Of a DNA stretch of 64,000 nt, positions 32,087-40,948 are shown piece by piece. The stretch is from Candidatus Omnitrophota bacterium. GTDB taxonomy: Bacteria; Omnitrophota; Gorgyraeia; 1-14-0-20-64-10. Where the stretch lies: the NCBI GenBank assembly GCA_016177405.1, contig JACOVG010000021.1, forward strand, positions 14,434-78,433. Direction: 5' to 3'. The notes beneath the pieces were generated by a model. The model ran no database searches. It worked only from the letters and a program-made list of their open reading frames with translations, and was not told where the DNA came from. The first letter of the stretch is position 1. Each line of letters starts with the position of its first letter. Position numbers and translations under genes: made by a program.

Positions 32087-34419
32087 TCGAGGGTCAGCTC
32101 GTTGAAGGTGGTCGGGTCGCCCCACTGGCGCTCGCCGGAGGTGGAGATCAGCGCCTTCTGGGGAAATTTGGCGTGGTCGGTGTCGGAGCCGTCAATCATG
32201 ACCCCCAGCCGGAAGCCCGGCTTGAACCGCTTGCTCGAGAGCACCTCCTCCTGGGCGGGAGAAATCTCCGGCGCCGGTCTCGGGCGGGGCGAAACCTGGC
32301 GGGGATCCACCCCCACCCGCTTGCCCAGGGTCTGGAACAGGAAGCCGCTGGGCAGACGGACCTCCAGCGTGTAGCCGTTGCCGGCGCGGGCGGCGCCGAT
32401 CCGGACGTCGGCCAGCGAGGCGGGGTCCACGGAAGGGACCCAGACCCAGATCTCCGGGGGCCGCTCGCTGAAGTTGCCCGGGCTCAAACCCAGCTGGAAG
32501 TCGTCCAGGGAATTGACCGCCTCGGTGTAGTCCCCCAGGAGATCCACATCCAGCCACAGCTCCACGTGGTCCCCCTGCCACAGGTCGCCGGCGGCCCACT
32601 CCTGAACCAGGGCATCGTCCGCCACCTCTATCGCCAGGTACAGGGCCTCCGGGCTCCACTGAAACGCCGCCTTGAAGCTCAAGTCCTGGGGCGATTTCCA
32701 GGCGCCGGCCCCGTAGACCACCTGGCCGCGATGGTCGAAGGTGTACCACCGGGCCCCTTCCCACTCGTCCAGGTTTCCGTCGGCGGCAATCGGAATGGGC
32801 GCGGGCCGGGCGGTCAAGGGCGCGACCTTTCCGGTCCTCTCGCGGGTGGGGACGTTGCGCCCCTTTTGAAGAAGCCGGTAGGAGTCGTAGGCGTGGACGG
32901 CAAGCCCCCCGAAGGAGGGCTCTCCCTGAAAGGCCTCCACCACCTGGGCCAGCTGGCGCTCCATCTCCTCCCAGCCCTCCTCGTGGAAGGTGTTGCGCCG
33001 CTTGCCCTGCGACATCTGGACCAGGTCCTGGGTCTCCACGCCGATCACCACCTTCTTGCCCAGCCGCTTGGCCGTCTCCAGGTGGAAACGGGCGTTCTTC
33101 ACGATGTCGACGGCGGAATCGTAATAATCCATGAGGGCGGCATAGTCCACCTGCTTCAGCAGACTGGCCTCGAACTCCGGCTCCCGGTCGTAGAAGACCG
33201 GGATCGCCAGGCCCATCTGGAAGGATCCTTCGGCGCCCTGCTCGCTGTTGATCAGTTTCCTCAAATCAACCATCAGCTCCACGAATTCCGCCTGGAGCTT
33301 GGCGCGGTCGCCGGTTTCCCAATCGGCGGTCAGATACGGCTCGATGTCCAGCGAAACGCCGTCGATACGCTCCTGGGCGGGGCGTGCGCGGTTGAAGGCG
33401 AGAAACCCCGAAACCCATTCCAGGACCCTGGGGTGGTACTCCTTCAAGGCCCAGAGGGGATTGCCCTGCAGGGCTTCCACATGAACCCCCGCCTCGTGCG
33501 CCTGGGCCAGAAACTGGGCAAGCTTGGCCTGATAATCGGCCGGCATTTCCAGGATGGGGCTCTCCCCGAGATAGACGAAGAGGGTTTCCAGGGCGGCGCG
33601 CCGGGCGAAATCCAGGAGATCCCTGCGCACCCTCAAGTCGTTCACCGGATCGTACTTCCAGACCCAGGAGAAGCGGGGGGCGCGCGGATTGGCCGCGGCG
33701 CGGGGCGCGTTCTCCTCCTGCACGCGCTCCACCCCCTCGTCGTAGGTGAAGGCGACGTCGTCCACGTAGACCGTCCCCCGGCCCTCGTACCTGAACCAGA
33801 GAACCAGAGAGCCCATCCGGGTCATGTCCATGTCGGTCCGCAGACCCGCCAGGGGCACCTTGACCTGCTGCCACTGGGTGGTGACCCCATCGGGCAGGAA
33901 GGCCATGATCGGCCCGGCAAAGATCGCGTCTATCTCGAGCTCCTGCATTTTCTCGTCGGCGAAGCCGATGTCAAAGCGCTCGCCCCCCTGCTCGCCCTTC
34001 ACCCAGAAGGTGAGGGCGTTGTGCCGGCTGACATCGATCCCATTGAGGAGGGTGTACCACCCGCACCAGCCGCCCAGCTTGGCGTACTCCAGCCGAAGAC
34101 AGGAGGAGCCGCCGCGGCCGGGCCGGGTGTCATCGGCCTTGGTGATCACCGTGTAGGAGGGCCTTCTGGCCCAAGTCCCCTGGAAGGCGTCCAGCCGGTT
34201 CTTGCGCTCGGCGAAGATTCCCTGGGTGGCGCCCACCTCAAAATCGTCCACCAGGATCGGCTCCAGGATTCGCGGAGCCGGCGGCGCGGGACGAGCGGGG
34301 GCGGGAGGCAAGGCGGGGGGCCGAGGAGAAAAGAACCGCGCGGCCGCCCATCCCGCGCCGACGGCCGCGGCCACAACAACGCAAATCAGGAGAATCTTTC
34401 TTCTCGGCATCGCCCCCAT
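32083..34419 (-). CDS. Secreted multidomain protein: CBM-like module + TIM-barrel GH-like domain + C-terminal CBM9-like (DOMON-like) carbohydrate-binding domain
   Basis: The likely start is MGAMPRRKILLICVVVAAAVGAGW (ATG 34417-34419) rather than the track start of 34641. Module motifs: ILVDDFEVGAT, GGWCGWYTLL, LTFWVKGEQGGERFDIGFADEKM, GTVYVDDVAFT. The central domain is paralogous to 28648..29556. The C-terminus (DGNLDEWEGARWYTF...LSFKAAFQWSPEALYLAIEVADDALV...LWQGDHVELWLDVD) resembles CBM9-like domains. Confidence 0.65.
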   Translation of the reverse strand: MGAMPRRKILLICVVVAAAVGAGWAAARFFSPRPPALPPAPARPAPPAPRILEPILVDDFEVGATQGIFAERKNRLDAFQGTWARRPSYTVITKADDTRPGRGGSSCLRLEYAKLGGWCGWYTLLNGIDVSRHNALTFWVKGEQGGERFDIGFADEKMQELEIDAIFAGPIMAFLPDGVTTQWQQVKVPLAGLRTDMDMTRMGSLVLWFRYEGRGTVYVDDVAFTYDEGVERVQEENAPRAAANPRAPRFSWVWKYDPVNDLRVRRDLLDFARRAALETLFVYLGESPILEMPADYQAKLAQFLAQAHEAGVHVEALQGNPLWALKEYHPRVLEWVSGFLAFNRARPAQERIDGVSLDIEPYLTADWETGDRAKLQAEFVELMVDLRKLINSEQGAEGSFQMGLAIPVFYDREPEFEASLLKQVDYAALMDYYDSAVDIVKNARFHLETAKRLGKKVVIGVETQDLVQMSQGKRRNTFHEEGWEEMERQLAQVVEAFQGEPSFGGLAVHAYDSYRLLQKGRNVPTRERTGKVAPLTARPAPIPIAADGNLDEWEGARWYTFDHRGQVVYGAGAWKSPQDLSFKAAFQWSPEALYLAIEVADDALVQEWAAGDLWQGDHVELWLDVDLLGDYTEAVNSLDDFQLGLSPGNFSERPPEIWVWVPSVDPASLADVRIGAARAGNGYTLEVRLPSGFLFQTLGKRVGVDPRQVSPRPRPAPEISPAQEEVLSSKRFKPGFRLGVMIDGSDTDHAKFPQKALISTSGERQWGDPTTFNELTLE

Positions 34420-34450
34420 CTTACCACAACCTCGACGCCGCCCTTTTCCG

Positions 34451-37400
34451 CTACAGCTGCGTTGAAACGGCGGCGGAATCTTCCAGGCCGGACTCAACGG
34501 AAGGCTCCTGCCCCGCGCTCGGCAGCCTCCTTTCCAGATCAATGCGGGCCGCCGCCGCCTGAAGACCCTTTTCCACCTCCAAGCTGACGATTTGCGGGTC
34601 GATCCCAAAGATGTCCAGGAACCCTCTAACGTGAAGCTCATTCAGAAAACCGACCGCCCTGAAACTGAAGGGATAGGTCGCGGCGAAAAGCCGGCGCAGC
34701 CACTCCTCCAATTCTGCCCTTGTCTTCTGCTTCTCCTCTCCTTCCGGGATTCCCTCGCCCCAGTCCGTCAGGTTCTCCACCAGGATTCTAATCTCCCTCC
34801 AGGAGGCCCTCTCCTCCGGCCGATTTTCCGGGTCGAACTCCATCCTTTCAATCACCATGCGGCGGATGATCCGAAAGAGGTAGCCCCACGGCTTGCTCTC
34901 CCGCAGGGTGGCCGAAGAGGTCCCGAGGATCAACGGACGCTTTTCTTCAAGCGATCTCAAGGCCCCATAGGGATCCAGGAGAATCGCTTTTTGCGGGTCG
35001 GCCGGATGGGGCAGCAGAACCATCATCTCGGCGGCCAGCATCAGCTTTCCCTGGTAGGGGTCGCCCTTCCCGGCGGCATGCTCGGTGATCCGCAATCCCG
35101 CCGGGTCCAGCAGGCCTCCCCAAAGCTCCACGATCTTTTCCTCGCTTCCCCTGCCAAAGGTGGGTTGTTTCAGTCCCGCGTCTTGGGCCAGGCCAGGGAA
35201 AAGCGCCCGCGGGTCGGACACGCCCAAGACTTGACACAACCCTTTGATCTTGGGCGCCAGGCGCTCCAGGCGCCAGGCCTCCTCCGGGCTTTTCGCCTCC
35301 GGCAATAGATTGATCTCCTCCTGAACCTCCCAGGCCTCTTCCTTCTCCGCCACCAGCACGAGGTCCAGATCCTTAAAGGCCCGCTCGGCTCTGCCCCCTT
35401 CCGCCAAAAGACTTAGCACGCTTCCACCGTGCAGCCCAATCCGGAAGAGCCCATTTTGATGAAGCATCTGCAGGAAGCGCTTCGCCGGGTGATAGGCGAA
35501 CCGCCTTAAGTCCATCTCATAAAGACCATCGGCCAGCGGCACGACGGCCTGATGAAAGAGCCGGGAGCGAACCACGAACTGGCTTATGGCGAGCCACCCT
35601 TGAGGATCCTGCCGGAATTCCGTCGGATACCCTATCAGGGGAGCCAGCGGCCCCCCCGGCCCCTGCAGCATCCAAACCGGCAGGGAGTAGCCGCGGATCT
35701 CCGGATCCATCACCGGCGGAACATTGAGCCGGAGGGTTCGGGGGTCCAGCAGCCAGGCCAGATCATCCCAGGCCGCGTCGTCCCATTGGTCCACCCCTTT
35801 CAGGACCAGCCTCATCTGCCGGTCCCTCAAGAAAAGCCAAAGCCCTTCCGGCAGCCACACCTCCCTTAACAGGTTGAGGGAACCCCCTTCCGCGCTCAAG
35901 TAGTGGACTCCCGATCCGCTAAGCTCCAGCACAGCCGCCTTCGCGGCCCTCGCCGTTGGGCGGATGGTTTCCTGGACAAATCTCCTGTAGCCTTCAAAAG
36001 GGGCGCCGGAGCCAGCCGGCGAAGCGACAAGCTCCATCCTGCCGGAGCCCAGCCAGCGGAGCTCCAGGCCCCAAACTCCTTTCAGGGGAGGAAAAGGCTC
36101 TCCCCGCTGCAGGGCCTCCAGATCCACCGTGCCGATCTTAGAAAGGAGAGAGGAGATTTGCCTTGAGAGGGCTGGATCGCTCTTTACCTCGTCGGGAACG
36201 TCGAGGTGAAACACCCTTCTTTCCTGGAGGGATTCCTCCAACCGCGCCAGGGAGGCATCCGCCTCTATTCCTCTTGGAGGAAGGCGTCTCAATCTGGATT
36301 CATAGAGATCAACCTGGTTGGGAGAAGGAAGGCCGCCCAGCATCACCCGGTCGGCTTCATCTCCAACCGTGGAAGAAACAAAGCTGTTGGCCAGGGTGTT
36401 TCGGTTGAGGTCCAGAGGGACTCCCGCTCCCTGCCCGCGATAACGCTCCAGCCGCTCGCTGAATCCGCTCTGAACCGAAGGGATCATCAGCTCGCTCAAG
36501 CCCGGCCTCGTGCTTCCCAGCACCACGTAATCCGGCCACTCGAATCGTTCCCGGAAAATCGATCGGGTCTCCATGAGCCAGACGGCCAAGGCGATTCCCA
36601 GCTCTCTGCCGGATTCCCAAATGGCCGTCTTGGCCGGATTCTCCCCTCGCTCTTTTTCAGGCCTGTTCGCGGCAGCCACGAGCCCGCCCAGCGTCAGTTG
36701 ATCGGCCTTCAAGAGCTCCCTGGCGCGCGCCAGGATCCTGGCGATGCTGACCCTATCCTCCAGGTCCTGCTCCCCAGGGGCCAGGGTGGGATGAAAACCT
36801 TTCGTTTCCCTGGCAACATAACGATAGTCGGGGCTCCCCGGGTTTCCGGTGAAAATCAGATGGTGGGGCGCCTCGCTGTGGTAAAGGATCTCCGGCTCTC
36901 CCTGAAAGGATTTTCCGTTGACAACCATCTGGGCGGCAATGCCGTTTCCAATGTGAACAAACAACAGATTGTCTACTCCCGGACAAGTCCCCCTTAGGCC
37001 TACTTCCCCCCTTGCCCCTGCCCGCGCGTTGGAGACCACATCTACCTCCAGGCGGCCCAGGGAGGGATCGCGTTTGCCCTCGTAGAGTTGGTCCAGTCTT
37101 TTTTGGACCTCTTCCTTGAAAGAGAATCCTTTCGGGAACACGGGGAGCCAGGAGATTCGCTCAACCAGCGCGCCGTCCGAATCCACAAAGCCGGGAACAG
37201 AAAAATAGACGTACATGACCCTGTCGGGCCCATACCGCTCGACCACCCGCCGGATCGCCTGGACGAGGCGCTCGACAATCTCGCCGGGCGCGTCGCTCCG
37301 GTCCGGTTTGAGAAAAATGCGTTCGTGCTCGGCCGGCCCCCAAAAGCCCTGCGGGATACCGGCCCGGAAGACGATTGCCTGGTCCTCCCCGACGCCCATC

Positions 37401-40400
37401 TTGCCGACGACGGCCACAGGCCCTTCATAATCCGCCACGCGGGCCACGTGGCGGCTGGCCGACGACCGCTCCTCCAGGCCGGCACCGAGCGGAGCCGAGG
37501 GGCCGGCACCGCCGGAAACGGTGCCGGTTTCGTAGCCGGCGAGCGCGGCGACAAGCGGCCGGCCTATCTGCCCGCGCTGTTTCGAACCCAAATCGGCGGC
37601 GGCTTTTAAGATGGGATGCGTTCCAAACAGCTCCTGCTGGGTGTCGGCCGACCCGCCCCAGAGACTGCCGGAAACGGCGCCCGCCTCAAGTAGGAGCCGG
37701 GCCATCTCCCGCGCCGTCACATGGGCCGTCACCCAAAGGAGGATGATCTGGCCGTCGTCTCTTACCCCGATGGCCGACATCGCCCCGGCCCTTTCCCGCG
37801 GGTTCCAAACCAATTCGTTGGGCCGCACCTTAAGAGGGATCCCGTCTTCGCGAACGCTCCAACGAAGCTGTCCCGAGACGTCCTTCCCGTCGAGGACAAG
37901 CGGCATGCCGGAGACGGCATGGAGAATCTCGGAAGGCCGCGCTTCCCGCGCCACCGCCCTTCCCCCCTCAATCTGGGCGTCCACCAGCTCTTCGATGCCG
38001 GGCGAATCTCCCCGGTTGGAACCGAACCGCAAGGCCGCCATCCGGGGCGGGCCCGGCTCCAGGACAAAGGCCCAGAAGGAGTCGTCGTATCCCCTCTCGC
38101 GCAGCGTTTGGACATCCAAGGGGTATTTTTCCCAAGCCCAGTGAGGCCGGATCACCCGGCCGAGCGCCACCAGGAAGCCGTAGGGCTCCTTGAGATTATG
38201 CTGGCCGCTGTTGGAGAGATAAACCCTTTGGGCCCCCGGCGGCAGACCCTCGGGAGGCGCCTTCGCTTTCTCCTGCCAGGCCTCAAGCGTGAGCCCGGCC
38301 CTCCTGAACCTCTCCAGAAGCGCCGGGTCAACCGGCCCGGTCTGGAACTCCGGAAAAGCTTCTCCTTCCACCTCCGGATCCCAGGCGGACACGAGCTTCA
38401 ATCTGGAAAGATCCGGCAGAACCACCCGCCCAGCCGGCTCCCCCTTCCCATCGAGGACCGGCCGGACAACCCCGATCGGCCCCCCCAGAGCCCCCTGCCA
38501 CGCCTCCTCCTTCCCCAGCCGCAGCTCCTCCAACCCCGCGTCGGGTTTGAGAAGCTCCGCGCTTTGCTCTCCTGTAATCCTGATGAGCAAGAACCCCGTT
38601 TTCTCAACAAAGGCCTTATCGGCAAGCAACTCCTTGATGAGAACGGTGGTGAGGAAGGTTTTATCCCTTTTGAGCCGGCCTTGGAACGCTTCCCAGGCCT
38701 TTCGGTCCTTCACAATGACCACCAGGGTATGGTCCTTGCGAAATCGGCGGTGGTCGGCGCGCCAATTGCTTAAGGCAGCTTGGCCCCGCTGGATCTGGCC
38801 AACAGATTCGGCCGTAGGCTGGATGTACCAAACTCCCTCCTCGCCTTGGAGGTCATCTTCCACCCAGCTTGTCGCGAGGGCGCCGTCAGGAACTCCGTCC
38901 AGCGTCAGGTTGAGCCGCTCACCGTTAAGCCGAACCTCTTTCACCGAAACCCCGGGACTGCCGCCCTCCTTGGCTTGCGCTGAAGCCGTCCATCGCGGCG
39001 CCTGGCCGGCCACCTTCATCTCCCGATCTGGCAAGACGTTGAGGTAGTCGTCGGCCGGCAGCCCCTCCTGAAGGAGATCGTCCAGCACAATCCCCTGGTG
39101 ACCATTGGAGGCGACGGCCAGCATGGTGTTGAAGAAACCTCGGATGTCCAGGGTGGCGTAAGGAGCCCCGCCGTAGATCTCGGCGAGGCGCAGCATGGAA
39201 CGGATCAGCTTTTGGGCCAGGGCGTAGGCCCACTCTCTTTTTTCAAGGTCGGCCGCGTAATAGCCAAACTGAACCAAGCGGAAGATGATGCTCCAGGTGA
39301 TCTCCGGCTGAAGCATCCTGTCGTAATTCTCGTTGGGTGGAACATGGGGATCCTTAAAATTCGGGTCAAAGAAGATGACGCCTGTAAACTCCTCCTTGGG
39401 ATCAACCCCTTGGGGAAGGTGGCTGAACCCTTGGGCCTTCAGGGTTCTCAAGAAATGCCGCTCAACATTTTTGAGTTCGTTCTCGGCCATCTCCGGGTCG
39501 TAGGCGCCCTGGGGGGACCAAACCTCGTTGTCGGCAGCCCAGGAAAGGTTGAGCGTTCCATCCGGATCCATGCCGGTCGCCCAACGCCTCTTACCGGGCA
39601 GCCCCTGGATGATCTGCGCCACCCTCTCATGTTCCTGCCGAACACCCTTCTCCAGATTGCCTCCGGCTTCCAACTCCAGGCGCCTTAACTGGGCCTTCAC
39701 CTTTTCCGGCGTAAGAAGCAATCTCTTGCTTTCCTTCATCGCCAGCTCATGCCTGGAGGCAATCTCTCTAAGAAACGGCGATTGGAAATCTGCGGTTTGG
39801 TTGGCCCGGTAGGCCAGCCGGAGGGCATCGATGTAATCCCAGTTGTGCTCGGTGGTGATCTCTTCCCGCTGGAGATTGGATTTCTCAAAATCGGACTCGT
39901 TGCCGGTTCCAAAGCCGGCCCGAAACAGGCCGTAGCGGGGATCGGCCGGATCCGTCACCTGCTGGGCGAAGGCCGTCTCCGCCAACTTCGTGTTGATCCC
40001 ATTCAGGAACTTCGGATCTTTCGTTTCCAAGGCCAGGAGGTAGAGCCCCTTAAAAACCCAGGCGGTTCCGCCGCTCATGGCCCGGGCATCGGTGAAGGTG
40101 GTCCCGTAAGAGAAGCGCCAGCCCCCCTTTTGCCCCTTGGCCTCCATCTGTCGGGCGATGTCGATCATCCGACCGGCCAGCCACTGGGCCTCTTCCATCT
40201 CTCCCCGGCCCACCAGGTATTTGAGCGTCACCCCCATGTCGTAGGCCCAGAAGCGCTCCACCCCCAGATATCGATCAAAGGGATGCCGGGGATCCGACTG
40301 GTAGCTTTGGTATCCTTGGACTCGAAAACCCTCCGGGGCCTTGACAGGACCTTCCATCTTCTGGGCGGTAAAGAAATCTCTGGTCTTCTGCCTCCAGAGG

Positions 40401-40948
40401 GTCATCCGCTTGACCAGCCCGGCATCCAGGTTTTCGATGAAGCGCCGCGTGGGAGGTTGGGCCGGCCCAGGAGAGGGGGCCTCTTGCCCCAAGATGGGCC
40501 TGGGTAACCCAAGGAAGGCCGCGCCGGCCCAAAAGAGGGCGCGCCTGCCAAATTCCCTTCGATCCATCCAGCCGGCGGGCGTTGGCTGGCCGGAACGGAG
40601 GGCCTCTTCAAGCCCCACAGCCACGGGATTGCGAAGTCGGTCGTCCGCGGGCTGGATCTGCTTTAAAGAGCCGGCGAAGTCTGAAACCTCGTCCGAGATG
40701 ACGGATGGCAGGCCGGCCTTTTGGGCCTCCAGTTCCTGAAGGGCCTTCTCCTCCAGCTCAACGTTCCACCCCTTGGACCAGGAGTGGCTGGAAATACCCC
40801 CTGCTGTTTGCTTCTTTTCCGCGGCGGAGGGCGGGGAATCCTCCCCGTCAGCCGCCCTCGCGGGAAGAGGCAGAGAGGTCCACTCAAAGGTGAGCGCCAG
40901 AAGAAGCGCCAGGAGACGGCGGGATCTGCTTCGCATTCCCTTAGGCAA
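34451..40948 (-). CDS. Giant secreted multidomain protein (2165 aa). Contains a signal peptide, an N-terminal helical (alpha/alpha)6-glycosidase-like region, a phosphodiester-glycosidase-like domain, a ROK/ASKHA sugar-kinase-like domain, and a C-terminal Pol-beta-type nucleotidyltransferase motif.
   Basis: Continuous 6.5 kb ORF. The PDG-like domain (NPRERAGAMSAIGVRDDGQIILLWVTAH...REMARLLLEAGAVSGSLWGGSADTQQ) is paralogous to the C-terminus of giant 1. ROK/ASKHA-like motifs: VAVVGKMGVGEDQAIVF... and LLFVHIGNGIAAQMVVNGKSFQGEPEILYHSE. NTase motif: IGLHGGSVLSLLAEGGRAERAFKDLDLVLV, near 35.4 kb. Confidence 0.7.
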   Translation of the reverse strand: MPKGMRSRSRRLLALLLALTFEWTSLPLPARAADGEDSPPSAAEKKQTAGGISSHSWSKGWNVELEEKALQELEAQKAGLPSVISDEVSDFAGSLKQIQPADDRLRNPVAVGLEEALRSGQPTPAGWMDRREFGRRALFWAGAAFLGLPRPILGQEAPSPGPAQPPTRRFIENLDAGLVKRMTLWRQKTRDFFTAQKMEGPVKAPEGFRVQGYQSYQSDPRHPFDRYLGVERFWAYDMGVTLKYLVGRGEMEEAQWLAGRMIDIARQMEAKGQKGGWRFSYGTTFTDARAMSGGTAWVFKGLYLLALETKDPKFLNGINTKLAETAFAQQVTDPADPRYGLFRAGFGTGNESDFEKSNLQREEITTEHNWDYIDALRLAYRANQTADFQSPFLREIASRHELAMKESKRLLLTPEKVKAQLRRLELEAGGNLEKGVRQEHERVAQIIQGLPGKRRWATGMDPDGTLNLSWAADNEVWSPQGAYDPEMAENELKNVERHFLRTLKAQGFSHLPQGVDPKEEFTGVIFFDPNFKDPHVPPNENYDRMLQPEITWSIIFRLVQFGYYAADLEKREWAYALAQKLIRSMLRLAEIYGGAPYATLDIRGFFNTMLAVASNGHQGIVLDDLLQEGLPADDYLNVLPDREMKVAGQAPRWTASAQAKEGGSPGVSVKEVRLNGERLNLTLDGVPDGALATSWVEDDLQGEEGVWYIQPTAESVGQIQRGQAALSNWRADHRRFRKDHTLVVIVKDRKAWEAFQGRLKRDKTFLTTVLIKELLADKAFVEKTGFLLIRITGEQSAELLKPDAGLEELRLGKEEAWQGALGGPIGVVRPVLDGKGEPAGRVVLPDLSRLKLVSAWDPEVEGEAFPEFQTGPVDPALLERFRRAGLTLEAWQEKAKAPPEGLPPGAQRVYLSNSGQHNLKEPYGFLVALGRVIRPHWAWEKYPLDVQTLRERGYDDSFWAFVLEPGPPRMAALRFGSNRGDSPGIEELVDAQIEGGRAVAREARPSEILHAVSGMPLVLDGKDVSGQLRWSVREDGIPLKVRPNELVWNPRERAGAMSAIGVRDDGQIILLWVTAHVTAREMARLLLEAGAVSGSLWGGSADTQQELFGTHPILKAAADLGSKQRGQIGRPLVAALAGYETGTVSGGAGPSAPLGAGLEERSSASRHVARVADYEGPVAVVGKMGVGEDQAIVFRAGIPQGFWGPAEHERIFLKPDRSDAPGEIVERLVQAIRRVVERYGPDRVMYVYFSVPGFVDSDGALVERISWLPVFPKGFSFKEEVQKRLDQLYEGKRDPSLGRLEVDVVSNARAGARGEVGLRGTCPGVDNLLFVHIGNGIAAQMVVNGKSFQGEPEILYHSEAPHHLIFTGNPGSPDYRYVARETKGFHPTLAPGEQDLEDRVSIARILARARELLKADQLTLGGLVAAANRPEKERGENPAKTAIWESGRELGIALAVWLMETRSIFRERFEWPDYVVLGSTRPGLSELMIPSVQSGFSERLERYRGQGAGVPLDLNRNTLANSFVSSTVGDEADRVMLGGLPSPNQVDLYESRLRRLPPRGIEADASLARLEESLQERRVFHLDVPDEVKSDPALSRQISSLLSKIGTVDLEALQRGEPFPPLKGVWGLELRWLGSGRMELVASPAGSGAPFEGYRRFVQETIRPTARAAKAAVLELSGSGVHYLSAEGGSLNLLREVWLPEGLWLFLRDRQMRLVLKGVDQWDDAAWDDLAWLLDPRTLRLNVPPVMDPEIRGYSLPVWMLQGPGGPLAPLIGYPTEFRQDPQGWLAISQFVVRSRLFHQAVVPLADGLYEMDLRRFAYHPAKRFLQMLHQNGLFRIGLHGGSVLSLLAEGGRAERAFKDLDLVLVAEKEEAWEVQEEINLLPEAKSPEEAWRLERLAPKIKGLCQVLGVSDPRALFPGLAQDAGLKQPTFGRGSEEKIVELWGGLLDPAGLRITEHAAGKGDPYQGKLMLAAEMMVLLPHPADPQKAILLDPYGALRSLEEKRPLILGTSSATLRESKPWGYLFRIIRRMVIERMEFDPENRPEERASWREIRILVENLTDWGEGIPEGEEKQKTRAELEEWLRRLFAATYPFSFRAVGFLNELHVRGFLDIFGIDPQIVSLEVEKGLQAAAARIDLERRLPSAGQEPSVESGLEDSAAVSTQL

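Noticed and set aside
32173-34587. 804-aa plus-strand ORF
   Set aside because: It is antisense to the 32083..34419 secreted multidomain gene. It has Gly/Pro/Arg-rich low-complexity sequence and no domain signal.
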